Shown in pieces: positions 53,619-64,000 of a stretch of 64,000 nt of DNA. The translations under genes and the position numbers were made by a program. Every line of letters starts with the position of its first letter. Position 1 is the first letter of the stretch. The stretch lies in contig OX597821.1 in assembly GCA_951406725.2 (NCBI GenBank), positions 30,008,001 through 30,072,000 on the forward strand, written 5' to 3'. The DNA is from Octopus vulgaris (Eukaryota). The notes below the pieces were generated by a model that saw only the letters and a program-made list of their open reading frames with translations, was not told the origin of the DNA and did no database searches.

Positions 53619-54725
53619 TTTACTGAACAAATAACACTGTGGAAAGAGATCCTGACGACAGGTTACAATCTGCTCTCACAGAATCAACCAAATTAAGCAA
53701 CACAGATTCTAAGTTCCAATCTGATCGGAAGGTAACTGAAATATAGTGGAAATCAATTAGCAACGTAATTGAAGATTTTACTTCGCCAGTTGAGGCTCCC
53801 AGGGACAGTTTTCTCTCGGTTTGTATCTTTGTAAGACCAGCCATCCTGATTCAGCAGACCTATGAACAAAGACATTCCAACTCTGACCACCCCATCCTTT
53901 TCCTGATTGCAGATAATGCAGAAACAACATAATCGAACGAGTTCTTTTAAAGAGAGTAAAGACTGATGCGTGAGAGGTTTCGTTGCTATTTATGACAAGC
54001 TGAGAACGACGCAGAGACACCAGAGTGGGAAGAAGCGATCATTCCTCTCGCCGACTGAACTCTTCAATCTCTTTATCGAGCTGCACTATAGAGCAATTGA
54101 TACCGTTACAGAACCATCAGAAGTTTTCTTGGATTCCAGATATTACTTTTGTCGTATTTAGTTACGTTTATTTATCTGCTACATTGAAATATTGCAGATG
54201 TTACCTTTCTCGAAATTCTCTTGTTTTTAGTAGTAGTGTTGCTGAAGCGGCATCTGTTGATGTTAAAAAATGGTAATGTTATTGGCAAAAATAACAATAA
54301 CATAGAAACAAAAAAAAACAACAAAAAACATTAATAACAATAATAATGATAACGTTGATGCTATTATAAAGGATTTTATTTACGGTTATCCAATTATCCA
54401 GTCTGCTTGTAGATCGCTAAAACAGTCTACTTCACACGGATGATCACGACGGTCAATGGCGTGTGACCAGTGTCTTCTGCCAATACATCAATATATCTAC
54501 ATCTCGATATCATTTCACGCACATTCATCTTTTCCACATATTAACATTTGACCGTTTTATCCTCCTCAAAACAGAGAATATTTATCTCGTAATTCTACAC
54601 TATTATATTTCTCTCGTTCTTTTATTATTCCGTTCTTGGTATCTTTCTTTCGTGATATAATTCTGCCTTTTTTTTTGCCTCGTCCTTCCATTTTCATTAC
54701 ACTTCACACGCACACAAACACACAT

Positions 54726-54796
<71 letters not shown>

Positions 54797-55029
54797 TCGC
54801 AAATAACCAGGCCGAATATAAATACATACATACATGCATACATGCATACATACAAATATATATATATATATAAAGTAATATATATATATATAAAGTATAT
54901 ATATATATATAAGTAATTCGATGTATATATATAAAGAAATTCGATGTCGTATTAGGGCATAGAATACTGCAGTAGTTGAAAGGAGAAAACCTCCCACATG
55001 GACTTGTAGTGCATATAAGTACAAACGTT

Positions 55030-55603
55030 GTTATTGGTAACGGGAGACAATCTTCTGCCATCGCCACGTGGACAACCAGATCACGTGTATTTGGTTTTTC
55101 TCGGCCTTCTTAATGGTAGACGCCCGAAAGCTAGAGATAGCAACGATTTCTCTTCTAGCAGTACACACAGAATCCCTGTGCCTTATGATGCACTGGTGTT
55201 ACAAATCATGTGATCTGATTGTCCCGACGGAGATGGCATATGTCTCACTAGCGTTATAAACACAATTGCTTATATCTATCATAAGTCCATATGACAGATT
55301 CTCTCATAGTAACTATTGCAGTATTCCGTGCTCTAACACATGACCAACTTTTAATTTGGGATAGACATTACCTTTTGGAATGACTACTATTTCTTACGCT
55401 ATTAATGATCTTTTAATAAGCCCATAGGTTGTTTGCGACACCAGTACCTGATTGGGCACTAATGTTCTATGTATATCGTTAGCAGACAAATTATTGTTGC
55501 TTCCAGCTCCCGGGCGTCTACCGTTGACAAAGCCAAGAAAGGCCGAAATCACGTGCTCTGGTTGTCCCAGCGGCGATAGCGGAGGATATCTCCCGCTAGT
55601 CAT
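55030..55603. repeat. Old diverged inverted repeat (~190-bp arms at ~55030-55215 and ~55420-55603)
   Basis: GGACAACCAGATCACGTG...GGTAGACGCCCG...CTGGTGT on + matches the reverse complement of the right arm. Confidence 0.7.
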
Positions 55604-57666
55604 ATAAACCTAAGTCAATATGAGATGTTTTTACATAGTAGCTATCGCAGTATTCTGTGTTTTAAAACAATATTTATCCCCACCACCCAACCACGCATCT
55701 ACAATATTTATCTACAATATTTATCCCCACCACCCAACCACGCATCTACACACACACACACACACACACACATACACACACACACTTACACACACACACA
55801 CACAATCTCACACACATACAAATACACGTACACACACACACACATATATATATAATAGAATTATGTTACAAAAAGAAAATATAAAATACACGAGGAAATG
55901 TAAGGGTAAAATATGAAAAATCAACGAAAATGCACATTGTAAATAAAAAAATGACCTTTCATAAAAAGCCTTTTTTAAATTTACAAGGTGTATTTTCGTT
56001 GATTTTTCATATTTTACCCCTATATATATATATATATACATATATTGACGTACATACATTCTTTTACTCTTTTACTCTTTTACTTGTTTCAATCATTTGA
56101 CTGCGGTCATGCTGGAGCACCGCCTTTAATCGAGCAACTCGACCCCGGGACTTATTCTTTTGTAAGCCCAGTACTTATTCTATCGGTCTCTTTTGCCGAA
56201 CCGCTAAGTAACGGGGACATAAATACACCAGCATCGGTTGTCAAGCAATGCTAGGGACACACACACAAATACACACACGCATATATATATATATATACAT
56301 ATATACGACGGACTTCTTTCAGTTTCCGTCTTCCAAATCCACTCAGAGCGCCATGGTCGGCCGGAGGCTATAGTAGAAGACACTAGCCCAAGGTGCCACG
56401 CAATGGGACTGAACATAGAACCATGTGGTTGGTAAACAAGCTACTTACCACACAGCCACTCCTGCGCCTATGTATATGCTTTGTAATTATGTTTTGTTAT
56501 TGTGTGTCCTTTTTTATATTTGTGCTTAAATATTCGCTATTTCCTGTATTCTACAAACCCCTAATTTCTATGGATAGAATTTTCTATACTCTACATTTTT
56601 GTATTGTTACTTCTACATAATTCTTCCACTGAATCTTCAATCCCAGACTTTCATTGCGTAATTTAATCTTTTCTCATTTTTCCTCCTTTACCTTTTTCTC
56701 TCGTTCTGAAAAACTTTGAATAAATCTCTACATAAAATAGACACGATAAGAGAATATCCAGAAAAGAAACACGAAATGGTAATTTAGTAGTCAAGACTGA
56801 TCATACTTGCGATCGGTTCCAAACGTCAAGGCACTATAACGTTTTTGGTGTCTGCTTTCCTTTTCTTAATGTAATACTTTGGAACATTAATCTATATAAA
56901 GTAATCAACCATACCGAAAAGAAACTAAGAATTTCCCCAGAGAATTCACTCTGTTTTTGTTTGTTTGTGTCTTGCTTCCTTATAAATATATCACAAACAT
57001 GGTCGCCCGTTTCTTCGTCAATACAACCATTTCAATATATGCAAAAATGGAACGTCGCTAAGAGTAAGAAAATAATACTACATCGACAAAGAAATTGATT
57101 TCATTTGAAGACAATTTTAGAATATTTCTTTAACGAGAAACTAAATCAGATATATAATACATGCGCGCGCCCACACACACACATACACATATATACTTAA
57201 TATTTTATAAGTGTGAAGGGGCGTGGTCTGGTGGTTCGAGTGTTCGTCTCAAAATACTGTGGGCAGGATTCGATTTCTGTGCCGGACAGTGAATTGTGTC
57301 ATGGATCCAGACTTCTCATTTCATTTTTGTTCCATTCTGCTCAGATGGAATTGCGTACAGGCATGGTAATAGTATCGCCTTGCACACCATCATTTCTCTC
57401 TCACTCTCTCAGAAAGGAAACATGACCTTGCCGCAAGCACGCACGTGAACATGTGTATGTGTGTGTGTTTGTGAGCGATTTAAGCTAATACAATAGCCCA
57501 AGCCTTCTTCATTCCCAAACCTGCATACACATAGAGACAGATATACGCATGCATATATATTAATCTAATTTCCCATTTATATTATCTCATATGCAACCTC
57601 ATACAATTACGCTGCAATGCATGTTTATATTCGTTCGTATAAATGTTTGATTTTATATATAAATGC

Positions 57667-57740
<74 letters not shown>

Positions 57741-58461
57741 GTGTTCTTTTATAGCCTAACCAGGCTCATCGGCCCGGTTTCCCGGTTTCAATGACATATG
57801 TGTTCCCCAGCTGGACGGGACGCTAGTCCATCGCCCGGTCTCGCTCGGTCCAGAAAACGATATTAATATTACAGGTTTAGATAGTAAATTCTTGCTGTGG
57901 TTATAAATATTAAAATGAACATTGAGAGGTTTATTATTAGATGTAAACTGAAAATAACATTGTAGAGAAGATAGTAGAGCTAGGAAGGAAGAGTAGAGAA
58001 AAAGGTTTAAATTATAAGTATCGATATGTAATACATTGACTATGTTTATGTATAAATAAAAGTATGAGTTAAGAAGCTAGTATGGCATAAAGTGAGAAGG
58101 AAGTATATATTGGTATTATGTTGGTAATGCATATTCATGAAATGGAAGATTATTGTGCATTCTGAAGATGAGAAATACTTTTTTACGAGCACTGGGTGCA
58201 CATAATTAGACAAAAAAAAACCCCAAAGTAATTCAAATATAATGTTATATAAAAAGTCTAATAAGGGAAAAGAATTGTTAATATATACTAATACGTTAGG
58301 AGAGACATATCTGCAAATCAGTATACATAGATATATGCTTTCTAGTTGTTTTCAGATTAAGGTGTACATAAAGGAAGGAACAGCGTACAAATATAAATAT
58401 ACTCATATCCGCAGAGATATAGATATAATTATAATCACCCACACATATAAAAAAATGTTAT

Positions 58462-58514
<53 letters not shown>

Positions 58515-59224
58515 GTGTGTGCGTGTGTGTGTGTGTGTATACGTATATATATATAGTGATATATATACCTCTATATATATGTGTGAGTGTGTTCAGATGT
58601 GAAACTTTCGTATATGTACACACGTTCATATAAAAAATACATATTGTTGGTAACAAATAGATGATAAGTACAATATAGCTAATAGGTATACACACAGAAT
58701 GCCAAATAAGATCGATATCTAAAAATGCAGACATGGTTGTATGCAAGTTGGACAACAGGAAGTATCATATGTTTACATATATCAGTTGTAAAATATAATT
58801 AAAAATCAGGTAGATTAGCAAGTAACATAAAACAGTATTAACTAAAATAAGTAAGTGGGGGAGGTTTTGTTAGGGACATATTATGCAAATAAAATAAATT
58901 ACAAAAAAGATAGGTATATTATATGCTACAGGAAGTTATAAAAAAATATATTGAGTGAAAGGGAGATCTTGGGAGATTTGGAGCAAGTGTTCGCCCAAAA
59001 TATGGTGGGTCATCTAATTATTACAGGGAAGAGTTAAATAAGAAATATATATCAATATAGTGCAAGATATCGTGACGTACAGAGGATGTGAGGGGTAATC
59101 GAATTCCATAGAAAAACTTAATATATAGAGATACTTTTTAAAAAGATAGAGATATTAGAATAAAAGGAAATGTTATTAAAAATTCAAGTAACGGGGGGGG
59201 GGTGAGGGTAGAATTATTTAAGAT

Positions 59225-60480
59225 TAATAAAATGGAATTTCGTCTTTGGCTTACATGAAAAGAAATTTTTCATCCCAATTATTAACCAGATGTCTATTCA
59301 TTCTCATTATATTGAAGCTTTCTTCCAAACATAACCTTCAAAATTTGTTATTATATCTATAAGAGGGAGAAGAATATAGGATTTTCCAAGATATTGAGTA
59401 ATCAATATTGTTTCTGTTGAGCTGCCAAATTTCTTTTGATTCACCTGTGGTATTCTCTCTTTTAGGATCATTAAAGGAAGATCTATGATTATTGATTCGT
59501 GATTTTATAGAATTTTTCGGGGAACAAATGTATATATATTTAGATGAGTTATGAGTAATAATAGTTACTTGGTATACTACTTCTTTCATTTTGCAATTTC
59601 TGTCTACTTCACAAGTGGCTGGGTCTTAGCTATTACAATTTAAATTATTGGGTGGTACTATGGTGTTTTGTCTATATTTATTAGGGATAATGGAGTTTGG
59701 GTTATTATCATAATAGTAGTTGTTAGTTATAGAATTACTGGAGTTGCATATTTGATGAATTGTTTTTTTTATTTATTATAGCATAGGTCCAGTTTCTTAA
59801 TGTTAAAAGATGAGATTATCCTAAATAGGTTTAGAGTCACGGAAAATCCAAATCTGATTTTTTAATATTTTTAATATTTTTAATATTTTTGCATATTTGA
59901 AGCATTAAAAGTTTTTATTAAGTATATTTGTAATGGATCTATTGAAATTAGATTTTAGTTGTTTGGCAAAAGGTATTATGATCCAAATATATTGCTGTTT
60001 TCTTTATTTGAGTGATGAGTTGTGTTTGCGAGGTCAGCTATTCTTACACATGGTATTGGATTATTTTTGGCGATTTTGTTCCTATCTATATTAACATGAT
60101 TTCTGTGGTTATGTTTATTATTGGAGGGATTAGAGGAGATGAGATTATTTTCATTTTTTATGCTTATTGGTTTAATATTCTTATTTTTATCTATAAATAA
60201 GTATTCTTGGAGTTTATTGTCAGTATTATTGGGTTTATTAATATTAGTATTAGTGTAGTCAGTAAGGTGGGAATTGCTAAAATTAATATTATGTTTTCTT
60301 TTAGTAATTATTAAGTAATCGTGCTCGTATTGATTTAGTTTATTAGGATATTTAATGCAGTTCTGAATTCCTTGAAGTGTATATTTGGAGTGTATATTTT
60401 AGATTAAAAAAGAACTTTATCCCAATTTTGAAAACTAAAATTATAAAAAAACCGCATTATCTATGGGATGATCCAATATA
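59225..60480 (-). mobile_element. Penelope-like element (Neptune/Naiad-type) fragment: RT thumb to GIY-YIG endonuclease
   Basis: CN...CEVDRNCKMKEVVYQVTI...IYICSP...IKSRINNHRSSF...SKEIWQL...ISWKIL...LCLEE (ORF 59338-59589 and flanks). Upstream YIWIIIPFAKQLKSN resembles IIWFNPPYSKNVKTN. Confidence 0.75.
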
Positions 60481-60503
60481 TTATATATATATATATATAT
60501 ATA

Positions 60504-60670
60504 AAGTTAATCCAAACAAGAAAACACACAAAAGCACAACAACGCGAGGACGTGGAACAAATATAGTATTATTGGACGCTCAGGAAAGAAGGAGAGTTTA
60601 ACGTTTCGAGCGAACCTCTTCGTCGGAAACATAGGTGAAGGAAATATCCAGAGAAGGGAAGACAGAGGAA
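60504..60670 (-). mobile_element. Penelope-type terminal-repeat fragment with a minimal hammerhead-like motif (60596-60630), between (TA)n tracts
   Basis: Reverse complement GTTT-CCGACGA-AGAG-gttcg-CTC-GAAA-CG-TT-AAAC. Lies immediately upstream of, and co-oriented with, the GIY-YIG fragment. Confidence 0.55.
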
Positions 60671-60679
60671 TGTATATAC

Positions 60680-60754
<75 letters not shown>

Positions 60755-61048
60755 TATTCTATTGTTTTATTTATTACAGTCATTTGACAGTGGCCATGGT
60801 GGATCACTGTTTTTAGTCGAAGACATCGTCCCCAGTACCTATTCTTTGTAAGCTTAGTACTTATTCTATCGGATTCTTAGGCTGATCCGCTAACTTGCAG
60901 GATCTTAAGTACACCAGCATCTGATATCAAGTGATGGTAGGGGTCAAACACACACACAGACACATACGCACACACACATATTCGACGCGCTTCTTTCAGG
61001 TTCCGTTTATATATATATACATAAATATATATATATGTATATCGTCAT

Positions 61049-61346
61049 CTTTTTCAAGCCTAGCCAGGCTCATGGGCCCGGTTTGCCGGTTTCTATGGTG
61101 TATGTGTTCCCACCAGTTGGATGGGACACCAGTCCATCGCAGCGTTACTCAAGAAACAGGAAGAGAGAGTGATAGAAAGTTGTGGCGAAAGAATACAACA
61201 AGGGTCCCCACCACGCACTACCGGAGCATCGTGGAGCTTTTAAGTGTTTTCGCTCAATAAACACACACACAACGCGCGGTCTGGGAATCGAAACCGCGAT
61301 CCACCGACCTCGAGTCCGCTGCCCTAACCACTGGGCCATTGCGCCT

Positions 61347-61348
<2 letters not shown>
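61049..61348 (-). mobile_element. Full-length tRNA-derived SINE (OR-like)
   Basis: High similarity to 28722-29022 across its length. Confidence 0.85.
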
Positions 61349-61393
<45 letters not shown>

Positions 61394-61513
61394 CGTATAA
61401 ACATATACGTCATAAATGTATATCATTATATGATTGAACGCCACGCATCCATTTCCAAGTAAGTTTATCATATATGTGTATGAATATATATGTATATATG
61501 TATATATATATGT

Positions 61514-61547
<34 letters not shown>

Positions 61548-61576
61548 ATGTTTGTATATATATATATATATAAATA

Positions 61577-61711
<135 letters not shown>

Positions 61712-63420
61712 GTATACATTCACACGTAAAAGCTAGCTCGGGTTAACCTTTGTTCTTACCTAGAGTATTTGCGCCACACCTGCCCATACAAATACTGAAT
61801 TAATGAGGTTGTCAAATTCCAGATTCCAGATTATTTGCTTATTTTAGAGGAAATTTTGATCAATACAAGGAACACCTTTAACCCACTATTTGACCGCTAA
61901 ATTGAACTTTATATTTTCTATTCTGTAATATATTGGTTAACAATATATAACAGAATCGAATCAACATCAGCAAAATTTATTTCCTTATCCCTGCTCTTCT
62001 CCATATTTTACTCTCTCTCTTCGGTTTAGCTGCTTCGGGAATCATCGATAAGACGAGAAGGTTTCTTGTTTGCGTGGCAGGAGATTGGTTGCAGTTAAAA
62101 CAAGCAGAGTATTGTTACAGAGAACTGACAAATAATAACAATTTAAATATATAGCTGGCTGTATATTTAAATATATAGCATGGCTGTGTGGAAGGAAGTT
62201 ATCTTCTGAAACACATAGTTTCGAGTTCAGTCCCACTGCGTGGCATCTTGGACAAATGTCTTCTAACATATCCTTGTGAGTGGATTTGGTAGACGGAAGA
62301 CGAAAGAAGTCCGTCGTCTATGTGTGTGCGTTTGTGTGTGTTTGTCTGCGTACATGAGTGAGTGTGTGTATGCCTGCTCGTGTATTCGATCCTGTGTCTG
62401 TCTTCCAAGGCTTGAACATCTGTGGTGGTTCGTTTACATCCAACTAACATATCGGTTAGGCAAAACAGACCAATAATAACTATTGGGGGTCGATAAAACC
62501 TGCTCCCTGCAGGTTTATAAGCATTCTTATGAAGTCAGTAGTTAATCTCTCGGTTCCGACGATGATTGTTCCTGCTCAAGTCAACTGAACTTATGAACTC
62601 ATTGAATTATTTGTGGCTCTATATCAATCCACAGATAATTGTATCATAATGGAAGGTGAGACATAGAATCATCTTAGTGAAATGTGTAACAGATTTGACT
62701 AATTCCTTTACAACCACAGTAAATGCAACGGGTTTCCACTATGATCAACTTAATTTCGATATCAAGACTTTGTTAGATTGAAAGATTTAGGAAAAAAGAA
62801 ATATCTAAGATGTTCCATTGTTAGCTTGAACCCGAATTCCCATGATTGCGAAACGAACATCTTAACTACTCAAGCAAATTCGTTTCTACACAGACAGAAA
62901 TACAGACATAACAAGTAGATGGATCAATGGCGTTTACGACTAGTGGGATTCGGTTGTTCAGTCAACTGAACTACCATCCTAATCAATTAGGGTGTAAGGG
63001 ACTGAGCAGTCCACACACACATATGTACCATCAGTATAAGCGTCAAGCAATCATCGTGAAAGACTGAGCAACAAACTATGACCTTACAATTACCGGTACA
63101 AACCACCTATTAGAGTTACTTAACCTTTTCTGTTGTCCCAATTTCATTCTCAAGGCTGTGGCCCACCTGAAGTTATAGAAACAGACACTTGCCGAGGATG
63201 CCAGGCAATGATATATATATATATAAATGAGTAAATATTCGAATGGATATTCATATAGATATTATTAGCATTAGCAGTAAATTTATAAATAATTAAAGAT
63301 TATAATAACATTAATATTAGTGGCTTGCAAGCAATAATGCCGTGATCCTCTGACTGCGAGTCTGCTACCCTAACCACTGCACCATTGCGCCTCCACTTTG
63401 GTAAATATATGCACCTGTGT

Positions 63421-63690
63421 AGGTGCGTGGCTTAGTGGTTAGCATGTTGCGCCCACGATTGCGAGATCGTTGGTTCGTTTACCAGACCGAGCGTTGTGTT
63501 CTTGAGCAAACACTTCATTTCACGTTGCTCTGCGATCATTTCATTATCTGGCACGCGGCACACGGTGCACCTCTACTAATAATGTCGATTTGATGGAGGA
63601 AGTCAGCTCATGTGTACACAAACATTTGATCACAATCAAAAAATCATCTGAGTGGTTTTTCAGCAAGAAATTCAATTCTTTATTGACCAC
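63421..63690 (+). mobile_element. tRNA-derived CORE-type SINE (different 3' part)
   Basis: GGTGCGTGGCTTAGTGGTTAG A-box, GGTTCG B-box-like and TGTGTTCTTGAGCAAACACTTCATTTCACGTTGCTC core. Confidence 0.7.
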
Positions 63691-64000
63691 TAAAAGCTTT
63701 ACATAGTACAGGACAGACAGGGTGGTGGTCATACATATCATCGATAACGAAATGAAATAACAAAGTGATGGCGTGCAAGCAGTGGTAACAAGTGTGAAGT
63801 TTAGAAATTTTAAATATAGATGAGAATAACACGGTGATACTCCAAAAGGAGAAGCCTATTGGGCTGGAGGTGGAAACCCCATAAACCATGAGGGTATCCT
63901 TGGCGGACCAAGCGTACAATACAGAACGACTCTGATAGATAACCGTTCACCCGGACTATCGACTGAATGTTGCTGTATAAGGCGGTGATCTAACCGCGGA

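Noticed and set aside
53740-54161. Short ORFs including LSPTELFNLFIE
   Set aside because: Probably a very old RT relic (LSP.LFNL motif), but the evidence is too thin to report as a feature.

Overview
AT-rich, microsatellite-dense eukaryotic DNA with no recognisable host protein-coding exon. The SINE repertoire (tRNA-headed CORE-like and Meta-domain-like SINEs) is what I recall from octopus/cephalopod genomes; that assignment is inference. The window is a graveyard of mobile elements: Tx1/L1, CR1-like, RTE and R4/Dong non-LTR retrotransposon fragments, a Penelope-like (GIY-YIG) fragment, a Helitron PIF1 helicase fragment with a 3' hairpin-CTAG end, a DD34D mariner interrupted by a DD41D element, a Chapaev3 transposase relic and a hAT relic. 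The standout is a 4.5-kb array at 38872-43348 of nine nearly identical 484-485 bp non-coding units. Each unit carries a complete + strand type I hammerhead ribozyme (stem I TTTCTTA/TAAGAAA, CTGATGA, stem II extended into a long hairpin, GAAA, palindromic stem III, GUA cleavage triplet) and several further hairpins that rely on G-U pairs. This is the architecture of a non-LTR retrozyme, predicted to yield ~485-nt self-cleaved and possibly circular RNAs. Minimal hammerhead variants, including U3:A8-covariant cores, occur elsewhere, and several retroelements sit in specific microsatellites. Most ORFs in the track are microsatellite artefacts.
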